Shown here: positions 39,308 through 51,051 of the stretch, in pieces
Layout: each line of letters begins with the position of its first letter
Position numbering within the stretch: the first letter of the stretch is position 1
Assembly (NCBI RefSeq): GCF_024700885.2
Contig: NZ_CP117016.1
DNA length: 64,000 bases
Origin: Escherichia coli
GTDB taxonomy: Bacteria; Pseudomonadota; Gammaproteobacteria; Enterobacterales; Enterobacteriaceae
Reading direction: 5' to 3' (one strand)
Notes under the pieces: generated by a model
Seen by the model: the letters and a program-made list of their open reading frames with translations, nothing else
What the model was told of the DNA's origin: nothing
The model's database searches: none
Program-made: the position numbers and the translations under genes

Positions 39308-42300
39308 TCAACTGATACTGATACCGGCTGTTGATTTCTTCATCACGACAACAAGAAGGTCGCTGATACTGGTCGTTGGCGTCCAGTTATTAGCACCATA
39401 TGAAGAAACATTGAAAGTCAGGGTGACATGACCGTGTCCGGCAGGCATATCAATGACGGATGAAAATACCCTGCTGACATCCGTCGCGGGTTGCTGAAAG
39501 ATTTCCTGTCCGTTCTTCAGCACCTGCAGCTTACAGGTTGAATACCAGTATGACTGTTGGTTGTTGCTGTTGAAGTTTTCATGCTTACCACCGCGAAACA
39601 GAACGGGTGGGATTACTATCTGACGGTCAAAAGCCTGATCATCGTACACAGTGACCGTTATTGTACCGCTGGCATAACTGCCATTTCTCGGAAAGGCTTT
39701 TCCCACCGTTTTGACAATATCACCTTCAATCTGGTTGGCAGACAGTTTTCCCAGAATCCGACAGTTCTGGTTAATCGTGACATTATTGAGCGTCCCGGAG
39801 TTCGCATTCACGTTACCGCTGATATCGGCATTTTTCGCCGTCAGCCGCCCGTCCGGTGTCAGGGAAAATACCGGAGGATTGCCGCCGCTGGTAATGGTGG
39901 GAGCCGTCAGATACTTCAGGAACACTTCGTTCATGAATATCTGGTTGCCCTGCGCCACAAACATCGGCGTTTCATTCCCGTTTGCCGGGTCAATAAACGC
40001 GATACGGTTAGCGGCAACCAGGAACTGGCTCAGTTTGCCTTCCTCCGTATCCTCCATGCTGAGGCCAAGCCCCGCGACATAATGCCTGCCGTCTTCGGTC
40101 TGCTCAATTTTGACGCCCCACATGGCATTCCATTTATCGTTGGCGTCCTTCCACTCTTTCGAAAACTCCTCCAGTTTGCTGGCGTTATCCTCCGTCAGCT
40201 CGACTTTTTCCAGCAGCTCCTTGCCGAGATGGGATTCGGTTATCTGACCTTTGAAAAAATCCAGGTAACCTTCCGCATCATCGCTCGCCCGACCGACAGC
40301 CTCCACGAATGCCGATTTGCCAACGGTGTTCACACTGCGAACGTAAAAATAATAATCATGACCCGGCTTAATATTGATACTGGCAGCTATCCAGTACAGC
40401 GCCGTGCCAAGATAGCGGGCTGTGGTTTCAACCTGCCTGATATCCGCAATCCGCTTTTCCGAGAACCAGAACTCAAACTGTACCGTCGGATCATAAACGG
40501 CAAGATGCGGCGTGGCGGTTATCTGAAAATAGCCCGGCGTCAGCTCAATCCGCGATGGCGCTGCCGGTGCGGCAATCCGGAACGATACCGACGCCGGATC
40601 GCCCTGCTGCCCCCACGCATTTACCGCCCGGACTGTCAGACTGTAATTTCCCAGAGCCAGCTGCCTGAAGCGGTATGTGGTTTCCGTCGTCCGGGCTGTG
40701 CTGACCAGCCGCTCACTGCCGTCATCCGCTGCCACGGTCAGGCAAAGCATAAAGCTCACGCCCTTCACCACCTTCGGCGTATCCCAGCGCGCCAGCACCT
40801 GGTATTCCCCGCTGTCTGCGGTGACTTCTGCGGTCAGGTGTTGCACTGCTGGCGGAGTGACACCATTCACCGTGCCGCTCTGGTCGCCGTCAAAGTGCGC
40901 CCCGTTATCCACGATGGCTTCTTTCTCCGGCACATGCTGCACGGCAGTGATGGCATACGTACCGTCATCGTTCTCACGGATACTCACGCAGCGGAACAGG
41001 CGCTGGCGCAGCGTCGGCAGCTTCAGCCCCCACACGCTGTATTCTGCAACGCCGTCAGGAACCCGGCTCACTTTCACCTTCACGCCGTCGGTGACGGACT
41101 GGACCTCCACGCTGACCGGATTCCCCTGTCCGTCAACCAGGCTTATCAGCGTGGTGCCGGAGGATGGCAGCGTGATTTCACGGTCGAGCGTCAGTGTCCG
41201 CGTCTGGCTGTTCACCGCCAGCACGCGCCCGCCGATGCTGATACCCGCATAGTCATCATCACAGATTTCAATGACATCGCCCGGTACATGGCGAAGCCCT
41301 TCTGCACCCACGCTGAAGTCCACGGTCTGCGTTTCCAGCAGCTCCGTTTTAATCAGCCACAGCCCGGCGCGGTGTGCCTGCCCCCGGCTGGTACAGCCAA
41401 AGGCATCCATCTTCGTGACGTTACGACCGTAACGGGCAATGGCCTGCGTATCTTCAACAAGCTCTGTCGCCGTCTCCCAGCCGTTATTCGGGTCAATCCA
41501 GTTCACCTCAACGGCATTATGGCGGTCCTTCAGGGCGCTGAAGCTGTAGCGGAACGGCGCGCCATCATCCGGCATCACCACATTACTGCGGTTATAGGTC
41601 CACACCTTATCCGACGGTCGGTCCTGCACGAACGTCAGCGTCTGCCCGTTCCATACCGGCATACAGCGCATCGCCGAGCAGAAATCACTGAGAACATCCC
41701 ACGCCTTACGCTGTGTGGTCAGCCAGGCATTACAGGTGATGCGCGGCTCCGTGCCACCAAAGCCATCCGGCACTGACTGATCGCAATACTGGCCGATGAC
41801 ATACAGCGCCCATTTGTCCACATCCGCCGCACCAAGACGTTTCCCCATGCCGTAGCGCGGGTGGGTCAGCATATCCCACAGACACCAGGCCATGTTGTTG
41901 CTGTATGCCGGTTTAAACGTCCCGTCCCAGATACCGTTGTATTGCCGCGTCTGCGGGTTATAGTTCGACGGCACCTGCAGAATGCGCCCGCGAAGATGAT
42001 AATTACGGCTCACCTGCTGGCTGCCGAACTGTTCCGAGTCCACCTGCACACCGACCAGTGCCGTGTTCGGGTAGCACTGTTTCACATCGATGATTTCGGT
42101 GTATGACGACCAGAGCGTTTTGTTCTGCAGCTGGTCTGTGGTGCTGTCCGGTGTCATCCTGCGCATCCGGATATTGAACGGGCGCGGCGGCAGGTTATCC
42201 ACCACCACCGAGGCCAGATACTGCGAGGTGGTTTTGCCCTTAATGGTGATGTCTTTTTCCGTCACCCAGCCACCGTTACGCTGTATCTGAACCAGCAGGC

Positions 42301-42706
42301 GGACTTCCGACGGATTCCGGTCCCCCTTTGAAGTGGTTTCCACCAGAGCCTGCACACCGAAGGTAAAGCGCAGACGGTCGATGTTTGCAGACGTGATGGT
42401 CCGGGTGATCGGCGTGTCATATTTCACTTCCGTACCCAGCACCGTCTCGGATCCGGAGGATTCAAAACCCTCCGGCGGTGTCTGCTCCTGCTCACCTGCC
42501 CGGAACACCACCGTGACACCGGCGATGTTGGTATTCCCTTCACTGTCCAGCACCGGCGTACTGTTCAGCAGCACGCTTTTTAATCCATCCACCGGACCTT
42601 CTATCGGCCCTTCGCTGATGGCATCGATCACACTCAGTAACTGCGTGGATTTCAGGTTGTCCTTCGCTTCGCGTGGGGTATGCCCCTTACTGCTGCCTTT
42701 ACCCAT
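39308..42706 (-). CDS. J: Tail tip host-specificity protein J
   Basis: 1132-aa ORF, the same length as lambda J; N-terminus [43 protein letters not shown]. Confidence 0.95.
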   Translation of the reverse strand: MGKGSSKGHTPREAKDNLKSTQLLSVIDAISEGPIEGPVDGLKSVLLNSTPVLDSEGNTNIAGVTVVFRAGEQEQTPPEGFESSGSETVLGTEVKYDTPITRTITSANIDRLRFTFGVQALVETTSKGDRNPSEVRLLVQIQRNGGWVTEKDITIKGKTTSQYLASVVVDNLPPRPFNIRMRRMTPDSTTDQLQNKTLWSSYTEIIDVKQCYPNTALVGVQVDSEQFGSQQVSRNYHLRGRILQVPSNYNPQTRQYNGIWDGTFKPAYSNNMAWCLWDMLTHPRYGMGKRLGAADVDKWALYVIGQYCDQSVPDGFGGTEPRITCNAWLTTQRKAWDVLSDFCSAMRCMPVWNGQTLTFVQDRPSDKVWTYNRSNVVMPDDGAPFRYSFSALKDRHNAVEVNWIDPNNGWETATELVEDTQAIARYGRNVTKMDAFGCTSRGQAHRAGLWLIKTELLETQTVDFSVGAEGLRHVPGDVIEICDDDYAGISIGGRVLAVNSQTRTLTLDREITLPSSGTTLISLVDGQGNPVSVEVQSVTDGVKVKVSRVPDGVAEYSVWGLKLPTLRQRLFRCVSIRENDDGTYAITAVQHVPEKEAIVDNGAHFDGDQSGTVNGVTPPAVQHLTAEVTADSGEYQVLARWDTPKVVKGVSFMLCLTVAADDGSERLVSTARTTETTYRFRQLALGNYSLTVRAVNAWGQQGDPASVSFRIAAPAAPSRIELTPGYFQITATPHLAVYDPTVQFEFWFSEKRIADIRQVETTARYLGTALYWIAASINIKPGHDYYFYVRSVNTVGKSAFVEAVGRASDDAEGYLDFFKGQITESHLGKELLEKVELTEDNASKLEEFSKEWKDANDKWNAMWGVKIEQTEDGRHYVAGLGLSMEDTEEGKLSQFLVAANRIAFIDPANGNETPMFVAQGNQIFMNEVFLKYLTAPTITSGGNPPVFSLTPDGRLTAKNADISGNVNANSGTLNNVTINQNCRILGKLSANQIEGDIVKTVGKAFPRNGSYASGTITVTVYDDQAFDRQIVIPPVLFRGGKHENFNSNNQQSYWYSTCKLQVLKNGQEIFQQPATDVSRVFSSVIDMPAGHGHVTLTFNVSSYGANNWTPTTSISDLLVVVMKKSTAGISIS

Positions 42707-42766
42707 TCGTCATGCTCCATAAACGACAAAACCGCCCGCAGGCGGTTTCACATAAAACATTTTGCA

Positions 42767-43438
42767 TCAGCGACCAATCACCACAACCTGACCACCATCC
42801 CCTTCGTCTGCCGTGCTGATCTCCTGAGAAACCACCCGCGACCCCACACGCATTTCACCGTACAGAACAGGCAAAACATTGCCCTGGGCAACCATGTTAT
42901 CCAGTGAGGAGAAATAGGTGTTCTGCTTACCGTTATCCGTTGTCTGTGTGCGGGGAGTTCTGGCTTTCGGTGCCAGCATCTGAGCCACACCGCCGAGCAC
43001 CATACTGGCACCGAGAGAAAACAGAATGCCGGTCATACCACCGGCCCCAATGGCTGTCCCCCATGCTGCAAGGGTGGCTCCGGCGGTAAAGAATGATCCG
43101 GCAATGGCGGCTGCCCCCAGGACAATCTGGAATACGCCACCTGACTTGGCCCCGGCGACTCTGGGAACGATATGAATCACAGCGCCGTCAGGCAGAGCCT
43201 CATGTAACTGCGCCGTTAATCCGGACGTGCTGACATCCTGCCCGGCAATACGTACCTGATACCAGCCGTCGCTCAGTTTCTGACGAAACGAAGGGAGCTG
43301 TGTGGCCAGCGCCCGGATGGCTTCAGCCCCCGTTTTCACACGAAGGTCGATGCGGCGGCCAAATCGTTGTAAATCCCCGTAAAGGCAGATGCGTGCCATG
43401 CCCGGTGACGCCAGAGGGAGTGTGTGCGTCGCTGCCAT
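42767..43438 (-). CDS. I: Tail assembly protein I
   Basis: 223-aa ORF in lambda order between K and J. Confidence 0.9.
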   Translation of the reverse strand: MAATHTLPLASPGMARICLYGDLQRFGRRIDLRVKTGAEAIRALATQLPSFRQKLSDGWYQVRIAGQDVSTSGLTAQLHEALPDGAVIHIVPRVAGAKSGGVFQIVLGAAAIAGSFFTAGATLAAWGTAIGAGGMTGILFSLGASMVLGGVAQMLAPKARTPRTQTTDNGKQNTYFSSLDNMVAQGNVLPVLYGEMRVGSRVVSQEISTADEGDGGQVVVIGR

Positions 43439-44079
43439 TTGTCGGTATACCTCTCTCGTTTGCTCAGTTGTTCAGGAATATGGTGCAGCAGCTCGCCGTC
43501 ACCACAGTAAATGGCGGCATGATTCGGCACAGATGAACCAAAACAGCACAGCAGCACATCGCCCGGCTGCGCCGCTGACAGCGGCACCTGATACAGCCCT
43601 GTGGCCTCCAGATTATCCAGATAGAGATTCTGACCGTTACGCCACCAGTCATCCTCACGATGAAAATCCGGCATCTCAATCCCCGCCAGATGGTAAGCAT
43701 CCCGGAACAGCGTGTAACAGTCCGTCACCCCGTGCTCAAAGCGCCGCCCGGTGAGATGCGGCACACAGCGGAACTTATGAATCGCCCCCCGGTAGACCAG
43801 CCACCACGGCAAATCACTCTGCACCTGCAGTCGCCGGTCGGCCTCACTCAGCCAGGGCAGACCACCGGGATGGCTGTGCACCAGCGCCACAATCTCACCC
43901 TGCATTTCTGCCCGCAGCCAGTCCTCCGGCGACATCCGGAAATACGCCTCCGGCTCACCGGAGATATTTACGCAGGTAAGATATCTGTCTCCCTCCGGCG
44001 TTCTCACCACAAAGCCGCACGACTCCGCTGGCGCACATCGCCGGGCGTGCGCCAGAATCGCTGATTCTGTCTGTGTCAT
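43336..44079 (-). CDS. K: Tail assembly protein K (NlpC/P60-type)
   Basis: Track ORF of 247 aa; the true start may be internal (M at about 43935 would give 199 aa). Confidence 0.85.
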   Translation of the reverse strand: MTQTESAILAHARRCAPAESCGFVVRTPEGDRYLTCVNISGEPEAYFRMSPEDWLRAEMQGEIVALVHSHPGGLPWLSEADRRLQVQSDLPWWLVYRGAIHKFRCVPHLTGRRFEHGVTDCYTLFRDAYHLAGIEMPDFHREDDWWRNGQNLYLDNLEATGLYQVPLSAAQPGDVLLCCFGSSVPNHAAIYCGDGELLHHIPEQLSKRERYTDKWQRRTHSLWRHRAWHASAFTGIYNDLAAASTFV

Positions 44080-44084
44080 GGGAT

Positions 44085-44783
44085 TTACTGCGAAAGTTTG
44101 TTAATGGAAAGGAAGCCGCCAAAGTTGCCGACGTTATTGCGAAACTTACAACCGCTCAGGCATTTGCTGCATTTATCCTTCGTGATATCGGATGTAGGCT
44201 GGTCATATTCATCCGCGACAGCCGGACCGTGATAACCGCACTCATCACCGCGATAGGTCCAGGTGCAGGTATTAGCCAGCATGATGCGCCCCGGAAAAAC
44301 AGCACCATCCGTTTCCGTCGGCGTGGACAGTACAAAAGAGGCACTGACCGCGCTCAGTTCGCTGCACTGCTCGATGCGCCAGCGGCTGATCACCTCCTGC
44401 TCCGGATCGGCGTCGCTGTTTCCGTTGACGAAGTTCACCGCATCCAGAAAACGGGCATAAACCTTACGCCTGACCACCGTTCCGCCGACCAGACTCTGCA
44501 GGTCTTCCGCCATCCCGGTGACCATACCGTACAGGTTAGAAACCGTCAGCGTGGGGCGCGTACTGGTGCCTTTGCCATTCAGTTCGAAACCACTCCCCTG
44601 AATGGGATACGGCTGATACTGTCGCCCCTGCCAGGTGACCGGCTCACCTTTTTCGTTCTGCTCATTACAGAAAAAATAACGTTCTCCACCAACCTCTGTC
44701 AGATCGATTTCCCAGAGCACCACGCAGGCAGACTGCTCCGCACGGGTGCATTCATTCAGTGTTTCCTGTCGGATATCCTGCAT
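44085..44783 (-). CDS. L: Minor tail protein L
   Basis: 232-aa ORF in lambda order. Confidence 0.92.
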   Translation of the reverse strand: MQDIRQETLNECTRAEQSACVVLWEIDLTEVGGERYFFCNEQNEKGEPVTWQGRQYQPYPIQGSGFELNGKGTSTRPTLTVSNLYGMVTGMAEDLQSLVGGTVVRRKVYARFLDAVNFVNGNSDADPEQEVISRWRIEQCSELSAVSASFVLSTPTETDGAVFPGRIMLANTCTWTYRGDECGYHGPAVADEYDQPTSDITKDKCSKCLSGCKFRNNVGNFGGFLSINKLSQ

Positions 44784-45112
44784 CAGTTCACCACCTGTTC
44801 AAACTCTGCGCTGAACTCAACACGCAACATACTGACCCGCGACGACCATTTTGCGCAGGTCACCTTTATCTGCCGGTAGCCATAAGGCGGCGTCCACAGA
44901 AAGGCCTTCCAGCCCCCGTGCTCAGCCAGAAACGACTCCAGCGCCGCGGCCTCCCAACGGGGAACAGAAAGCGTCACGCTGTACGTTTTCAGGTTGGCAT
45001 TCAGCCCGGCAGGCGCTCGCTGGGAATAGCCATCACCAAAGCGCACCTTTCTTACAGAAGGGGCCGAAGCCACATCCATACCGGGTTTCACTTTCCAGCG
45101 GAAGGTTTTCAT
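44783..45112 (-). CDS. M: Minor tail protein M
   Basis: 109-aa ORF in lambda order. Confidence 0.92.
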   Translation of the reverse strand: MKTFRWKVKPGMDVASAPSVRKVRFGDGYSQRAPAGLNANLKTYSVTLSVPRWEAAALESFLAEHGGWKAFLWTPPYGYRQIKVTCAKWSSRVSMLRVEFSAEFEQVVN

Positions 45113-47670
45113 CGTCCACCTCCGGAGAACAGGCCACCATCACGCATCTGTGTCTGAATTTCATCACGGGCACCCTTGCGGGCCATGTCATACACTGCCT
45201 TCATCATCTGTGGACCTGGCAGACCATTCGTACCGTCGTTCTGAATCACCACGTGATTGTTCTGATTAAAATTAATGCCTTCAGCCCGCCGCATCTGCGC
45301 CGGACTTCCGGCACCGCCCACATAACCACCTTCCGCATAGCCGCGCATCAGCCGGTACAGGTTGCCGACACCAATCCGGCTGGTTGCCTCCTTCGTGAAG
45401 ACAAATTCACCACGGTGAACAATCCCCGCTGGCTCATATTTGCCGCCGGTTCCCGTAAATCCTCCGGTTGCAAAATGGAATTTCGCCGCAGCGGCCTGAA
45501 TGGCTGTACCGCCTGACGCGGATGCGCCGCCACCAACAGCCCCGCCAATGGCGCTGCCGATACTCCCGACAATCCCCACCATTGCCTGCTTAAGCAGAAT
45601 TTCTGTCATCATGGACAGCACGGAACGGGTGAAGCTGCGCCAGTTCTGCTCACTGCCGGTCAGCATCGCTGCCATATTCTGTGCAATACCATCAAAGGTC
45701 TGCGTGGCTGCACTTTTTACCTGCGACATACTGTCCGTGGCGCTCTCTTCCCACTCACTCCAGCCGGACTTCAGGCCTGCCATCCAGCTCCCGCGAAGCT
45801 GGTCTTCAGCCGCCCAGGTCTTTTTCTGCTCTGACATGACGTTATTCAGCGCCAGCGGATTATCGCCATACTGTTCCTTCAGGCGCTGTTCCGTGGCTTC
45901 CCGTTCTGCCTGCCGGTCAGTCAGCCCCCGGCTTTTCGCATCAATGGCGGCCCGTTTTGCCCGTTGCTGCTGTGCGAATTTATCCGCCTGCTGCGCCAGC
46001 GCGTTCAGGCGCTCCTGATACGTAACCTTGTCGCCAAGTGCAGCCAGCTGGCGTTTGTACTCCAGCGTCTCATCTTTATGCGCCAGCAGGGATTTCTCCT
46101 GTGCAGACAGCTGGCGACGTTGCGCCGCCTCCTCCAGTACCGCGAACTGACTCTCCGCCTTCCACAAATCCCGGCGCTGCTGGCTGATTTTCTCATTTGC
46201 TCCGGCATGCTTCTCCAGCGTCCGGAGTTCTGCCTGAAGCGTCAGCAGGGCAGCATGAGCACTGTCTTCCTGACGATCGCCCGCAGACACCTTCACGCCG
46301 GACTGTTTCGGCTTTTTCAGCGTCGCTTCATAATCCTTTTTCGCCGCCGCCATCAGCGTGTTGTAATCCGCCTGCAGGATTTTCCCGTCTTTCAGTGCCT
46401 TGTTCAGTTCTTCCTGACGGGCGGTATATTTCTCCAGCGGCGTCTGCAGCCGTTCGTAAGCCTTCTGCGCCTCTTCGGTATATTTCAGCCGTGACGCTTC
46501 GGTATCGCTCTGCTGCTGCGCATTTTTGTCCTGTTGAGTCTGCTGCTCAGCCTTCTTTCGGGCGGCTTCAAGCGCAAGACGGGCCTTTTCACGATCATCC
46601 CAGTAACGCGCCCGCGCTTCATCGTTAACAAAATAATCATCCTTGCGCAGATTCCAGATGTCGTCTGCTTTCTTAAACGCAGCCTCTGCCTTAATCAGCA
46701 TCTCCTGCGCGGTATCAGGACGACCAATATCCAGCACCGCATCCCACATGGATTTGAATGCCCGCGCAGTCCTGTCTGCCCAGGTCTCCAGCGTGCCCAT
46801 GTTCTCTTTCAGGCGGCGGGTCTGGTCATCAAACCCTTTCGTTGCGGCCTCGTTCGCCGCCTGCAATGCCCCGGCTTCATCGCCGGAACGCTGCAACTGA
46901 GCAACATACGCAATCTGCTCCGCCGTCACGTTATGGAACTGGCGCGCCATCGCCGTCAGCCCCGACGTCGGGTCAGTGGTCAGCTTCCCGAAGGCTTCAG
47001 CGACCTTGTCCACCTCCACACCGGATGCAGAGGAGAAACGCGCCACACTCTGGCTGATGGACGCAATCTGAGCCTCACCGCTTACCCCCGCCTTAACCAG
47101 TGCACTGAGTGACTCGCTGGTCTGGTTAAACGTCAGCCCTGCCGCCTGCCCGGCTCTGGACAGGACCAGCATACGATCTGCCGTCAGACCCGACTGATTA
47201 CCGGAAAGGACCAGCGTTTTGTTGAAATCGGACAGGGTTGAGTTACCCTGATACCAGGCATACGCCAGCGCACCGGTCGCCACCGCCAGCGAGGTGGCCC
47301 CGACCATCGGCAGGGTGATCGCACCGGCAAGCCCCCGGAACATGGGGATCATCCCGCCGAAGGAGTCCTTAACCTGACCACCCTGTTGCAGCAGGATCAG
47401 CCACGGGCTTTGCCCGCCTGCAAGCTGCGTGGCCACGTCGGTGAACTGTGCAGGCAGCATACGCATGGCGGCTTTATACTGTCCGACGGAAATCCCCGCT
47501 TTCTGTGCAGCCAGCGCCTGTCGGCTCAGCGACTGTTCAACGACTGCCGCTGTTTTTTTCGCATCACTTTCCGTACCGGAAAAATGACGCCTGACTCTGG
47601 CCATCTGCTCGTCAAATCTGGCCGCATCCAGACTTAAATCAACGACCAGATCGCCTACCGGTTCAGCCAT
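45109..47670 (-). CDS. H: Tail tape-measure protein H
   Basis: 853-aa ORF, lambda H length, coiled-coil rich. Confidence 0.95.
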   Translation of the reverse strand: MAEPVGDLVVDLSLDAARFDEQMARVRRHFSGTESDAKKTAAVVEQSLSRQALAAQKAGISVGQYKAAMRMLPAQFTDVATQLAGGQSPWLILLQQGGQVKDSFGGMIPMFRGLAGAITLPMVGATSLAVATGALAYAWYQGNSTLSDFNKTLVLSGNQSGLTADRMLVLSRAGQAAGLTFNQTSESLSALVKAGVSGEAQIASISQSVARFSSASGVEVDKVAEAFGKLTTDPTSGLTAMARQFHNVTAEQIAYVAQLQRSGDEAGALQAANEAATKGFDDQTRRLKENMGTLETWADRTARAFKSMWDAVLDIGRPDTAQEMLIKAEAAFKKADDIWNLRKDDYFVNDEARARYWDDREKARLALEAARKKAEQQTQQDKNAQQQSDTEASRLKYTEEAQKAYERLQTPLEKYTARQEELNKALKDGKILQADYNTLMAAAKKDYEATLKKPKQSGVKVSAGDRQEDSAHAALLTLQAELRTLEKHAGANEKISQQRRDLWKAESQFAVLEEAAQRRQLSAQEKSLLAHKDETLEYKRQLAALGDKVTYQERLNALAQQADKFAQQQRAKRAAIDAKSRGLTDRQAEREATEQRLKEQYGDNPLALNNVMSEQKKTWAAEDQLRGSWMAGLKSGWSEWEESATDSMSQVKSAATQTFDGIAQNMAAMLTGSEQNWRSFTRSVLSMMTEILLKQAMVGIVGSIGSAIGGAVGGGASASGGTAIQAAAAKFHFATGGFTGTGGKYEPAGIVHRGEFVFTKEATSRIGVGNLYRLMRGYAEGGYVGGAGSPAQMRRAEGINFNQNNHVVIQNDGTNGLPGPQMMKAVYDMARKGARDEIQTQMRDGGLFSGGGR

Positions 47671-48097
47671 ACCGGACTCCTCCTGCGATCCCTTCTGATA
47701 CTGTCATCAGCATTACGTCATCCTCCGTCATGCCCGCCATATCCGGGGAAGCGGGGATAACTTCATTTCCGTCCGGGTCAAAGCGGACGCCTCCGGCAAG
47801 CCCTGCCGCTTTCTGCATCAGCACATCATCTTCAGGCTCTTCGTCATCCTCACGCCGGTTCAGCAGACTGAAATCCAGCGGATGCATATCCGGATCGCTG
47901 AAAAACAGGCTGAGCACAGTGTACGTCAGCCCGGAAAAGTGCATATCCAGCAGAACATCATGAAAATAATGGGTACTGTAAAAGCGGTGCCAGTCGGCAT
48001 ACTCCGTGGATGACATCCCGGCAAGCATGGCGCGCCAGTCGGGTCGCCCCATCTCACGCGCCAGTTTCAGGGCAAAACTCAGCTCACCGTCGAACAC
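47663..48097 (-). CDS. T: Tail assembly chaperone T frame (expressed as G-T fusion by -1 frameshift)
   Basis: 144-codon open frame beginning at the slip site near the end of G. Confidence 0.85.
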   Translation of the reverse strand: MFDGELSFALKLAREMGRPDWRAMLAGMSSTEYADWHRFYSTHYFHDVLLDMHFSGLTYTVLSLFFSDPDMHPLDFSLLNRREDDEEPEDDVLMQKAAGLAGGVRFDPDGNEVIPASPDMAGMTEDDVMLMTVSEGIAGGVRYG

Positions 48098-48501
48098 TTT
48101 CCCGCAGAAACAGGCTCTGCAGGCCCGGCGTCCTCTGCCTGTTCAGGGGCATTATTCACCACAAACTCAGACATACCGGACAGCCGGTACACCACGTTTT
48201 CAGCATGAGAAATTGCCTCTGTGGGCCAGGTGGTAAGCACTTCCTGCTCAATCTGTTTAACGGCCTCATTCATGGACGGCATCTGCGTCTTCTTCGGATG
48301 GTTATGCCACAGGGACATCGCCACCAGAAACGCGCCGGTTCTGATGACGTCTTCCACAGTAACCTGACGGTTGCTGTCGGATCCCGCCTGTTCTGCCTGC
48401 CGTTTCATCAGGGCAAGATGCTCAATACGCTGCAGGGCTGACAGTTCAGAAAGCGTGACGGTCACGCCGTTATATTCAAATGATTCGGTTTTCAGGAACA
48501 T
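48079..48501 (-). CDS. G: Tail assembly chaperone G
   Basis: 140-aa ORF ending AGKCSTVS. Confidence 0.92.
   Translation of the reverse strand: MFLKTESFEYNGVTVTLSELSALQRIEHLALMKRQAEQAGSDSNRQVTVEDVIRTGAFLVAMSLWHNHPKKTQMPSMNEAVKQIEQEVLTTWPTEAISHAENVVYRLSGMSEFVVNNAPEQAEDAGPAEPVSAGKCSTVS
48097..48103 (-). other. Programmed -1 ribosomal frameshift site G GGA AAG (G to G-T)
   Basis: Heptamer lies in the G zero frame; the T frame opens exactly at this position. Confidence 0.8.
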
Positions 48502-48516
48502 CGCTGACTCTCCGGA

Positions 48517-49257
48517 TTAACTGGCGGTGACGTTGATTTCTGCAACCGCAGCAAACTCACCATTACCGGATACGACCGGAATGTTGACCTTGCCTGCAGC
48601 AACGCCGTTCACGGTGATGGTCATACCACTGACCGACACGGTGGCTTTTGTTTTATCCGCAGACACCGCACGAAAGCTCTTGTCGGTTACGCCCTCCGGC
48701 TGGAAGGCCACGGTCAGCGTGGTGCTCTGCCCTTTCACCACCGAGGTGCTGGCAGGCGTCACGGTCATGCCGGTTGCCGCTGTTACCGTGCTGCGATCTT
48801 CTGCCATCGACGGACGTCCCACATTGGTGACTTTCACCGTACGGGTGATCACTTCCTTCGCCATCACCGCCTTACCGATACTGCTGACCCAGCCACGGAA
48901 CACATCGACCGTGCCGTTCGGGAAGCGGATTTTATAGGCACGGGTATCGCCTTCATTAAACCACGCCAGCAGCGCCTGCTGCCCCTGCTCTCCGGGCATC
49001 CACGCCAGCGTGAAGCTGGTATCTCCGGCAGATTTCTGCCCCTGCCCGGTCGCAGTCCAGTCCGCATCTTCATCATCGAGATAGCTGTCGTCATAGGACT
49101 CAGCGGTCAGTTCGCCGGGTGTCAGGTCTTTAACTTTTGCCAGACGCGACCAGTCAACGTCTGAAAGCGGGTTCGCATAAGGGTCACCGTTCCCCTTATA
49201 AACCCACAGTGTGGTCCCGGCCCCTTTCACCGGTGCCAGAGGATTTGGTGTTGGCAT
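48517..49257 (-). CDS. V: Major tail tube protein V (with C-terminal Ig-like domain)
   Basis: Track ORF 48517..49287; start moved to [14 protein letters not shown] (246 aa). Confidence 0.9.
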   Translation of the reverse strand: MPTPNPLAPVKGAGTTLWVYKGNGDPYANPLSDVDWSRLAKVKDLTPGELTAESYDDSYLDDEDADWTATGQGQKSAGDTSFTLAWMPGEQGQQALLAWFNEGDTRAYKIRFPNGTVDVFRGWVSSIGKAVMAKEVITRTVKVTNVGRPSMAEDRSTVTAATGMTVTPASTSVVKGQSTTLTVAFQPEGVTDKSFRAVSADKTKATVSVSGMTITVNGVAAGKVNIPVVSGNGEFAAVAEINVTAS

Positions 49258-49264
49258 ATCGTCC

Positions 49265-49660
49265 TCACATTTCATAGGTAATGACATAAGTCAGATCGGC
49301 TGAACTCCACAGGCCCGCATCATCGTCGCGCCGGTAGTCATAGCCACTGGCCACCATACTGGTGATCAAATCTGACAGTGCCGGGATATCGCTCATCACC
49401 GGATAAATCCGGGACTCCATCCACGCATCCAGCTCTGAATCCGGCACCTGAGCAGGCAGGAAAACTTCGATATGCAGCTCCGCCTGCCAGGTATCGCTGT
49501 CCAGCTCTTCGCCCGTGTATTCAGCGCCGGTGAGATAAACGGCAACTGCCGGAAAATCCGCCTCATCAAAAACAGCGGGGCGACCATCAAAAAGCGTCGC
49601 CCCGGTGTCATGCTTCTCCAGTGCATCCAGTACGGCTGCACGGAGTTCAGTATGTTTCAT
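49265..49660 (-). CDS. U: Tail terminator protein U
   Basis: 131-aa ORF in lambda order. Confidence 0.92.
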   Translation of the reverse strand: MKHTELRAAVLDALEKHDTGATLFDGRPAVFDEADFPAVAVYLTGAEYTGEELDSDTWQAELHIEVFLPAQVPDSELDAWMESRIYPVMSDIPALSDLITSMVASGYDYRRDDDAGLWSSADLTYVITYEM

Positions 49661-50235
49661 CGCTTTATTACCATTCTCAGTTGATGCTGCAGCGCATAGC
49701 CCAGCTCTTTCGGAAGACGCTCACGCCGTATCCGCTCAATATTCTGTTTAAACGCCGTGGTCAGCGGCACCGCCATCGGGATTTTCACCACATCAATGGG
49801 GTAACGGTTTTTCCCGGCCACACGCTGCATGACATGCCACCGGCCATTTTTCAGTTGCTGAATAAACGCGCCGGGAATACGACGGTTTCCCACCACAAGC
49901 ACGCTGCCGCCACCTTTCAGGGATGAACGCTGCCCCTTTTTACGACGCCTGCGGCGGGACAGGACAACCCGCGCATTACCCAGCCTGATTACGGGCAAAT
50001 CCCCCCGGTTAACCCTGATTCTGGCCTGCGGATTTTTGACCGTGGCCCTTTTCAGCCTGGCCCTTTCCTTTACCAGTTTCCGGCGTACCTTTGTCTCACG
50101 GGCAACCTGTGACGCAGACTGCGATATCGCGGATGAAGCAACGCGGTTAATGGCCATTGCGGCGGCACCAGGCACCGCCGTTTTGCTGATACGGCTGAGG
50201 TTTTCAACGGCCTGCTCAAGACCTTTTATGGCCAT
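49657..50235 (-). CDS. Z: Tail completion protein Z
   Basis: 192-aa ORF in lambda order. Confidence 0.9.
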   Translation of the reverse strand: MAIKGLEQAVENLSRISKTAVPGAAAMAINRVASSAISQSASQVARETKVRRKLVKERARLKRATVKNPQARIRVNRGDLPVIRLGNARVVLSRRRRRKKGQRSSLKGGGSVLVVGNRRIPGAFIQQLKNGRWHVMQRVAGKNRYPIDVVKIPMAVPLTTAFKQNIERIRRERLPKELGYALQHQLRMVIKR

Positions 50236-50246
50236 ACATCCCCCTT

Positions 50247-50600
50247 TCAGCGGCGACGGTTAACGGCAGGCGGTACGCCCCGCCCAAGCCAGAGATGACA
50301 GCTTCCGCCATCATCCGGCGTAACCCGATCTACCCAGAAGTTTTCCTCACCGATGATCAGCGTGTCTCCACGCCGCAGCTGCCGCACATCATCAGTCCGG
50401 ACAAACAGGGACGGGCTGGAGCCTTCAACGCGCACGCCCTGTCCGGCATAGCTGATATTTTCAGGGTCATCAAAAACACCACGTATCACCGCACCGGACT
50501 GCTCACCGGATGTAATGGTGGCTGACGTTCCCATGTACCCGCGTATCGTTTCATCAGCGCGGGCAATGGCAGCATCGAACAGGTTATCGAAATCAGCCAC
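50247..50600 (-). CDS. FII: Head-tail connector protein FII
   Basis: 117-aa ORF in lambda order. Confidence 0.9.
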   Translation of the reverse strand: MADFDNLFDAAIARADETIRGYMGTSATITSGEQSGAVIRGVFDDPENISYAGQGVRVEGSSPSLFVRTDDVRQLRRGDTLIIGEENFWVDRVTPDDGGSCHLWLGRGVPPAVNRRR

Positions 50601-50611
50601 AGCGCCTCCCG

Positions 50612-51010
50612 TTATTGCATTCTGGCCAGGCCACGTTCTGTCATTTCGGCTGCCACACCGGCAGAGACACGAAACGCCGTTCCCGGCAGCACAAATGCCA
50701 CAGGTTTATCCCGCGTGGCGTGAAGCGCATCAGTATGCAGCGTCACCAGTGCCACGACCGTGACCAGTTCAGCCGTATCCTGAATCACGGTATCCGGCTG
50801 CGCTGATACCACCTCATTTTCATGCCCGGTCAGCACATTTTCCCGGCTGAGAGGGGTGTCCTGACCGGCAGTTTCATCCGTGTCATCAAGCTCTTCTTCC
50901 AGCTCTGCCACACGAAGCGCCAGTTCTTCTTTCGTTCCCGTCAAACTGACATCGCGGTTCAGTTGCTCACCCAGCTCCTGAAGACGGGCAATCAGTTCAT
51001 CTTTCGTCAT
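50612..51010 (-). CDS. FI: DNA-packaging protein FI
   Basis: Track ORF 50612..51049; start moved to MTKDELIARL (132 aa). Confidence 0.85.
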   Translation of the reverse strand: MTKDELIARLQELGEQLNRDVSLTGTKEELALRVAELEEELDDTDETAGQDTPLSRENVLTGHENEVVSAQPDTVIQDTAELVTVVALVTLHTDALHATRDKPVAFVLPGTAFRVSAGVAAEMTERGLARMQ

Positions 51011-51051
51011 GAACTCCTCCACAGAGAGAAAATGGCCCCGAAGGGCCATGA

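Noticed and set aside
39557-41776. 739-aa plus-strand ORF antisense to the tail tip gene J
   Set aside because: J is a full-length lambda-type gene on the minus strand; the antisense ORF is a shadow ORF.
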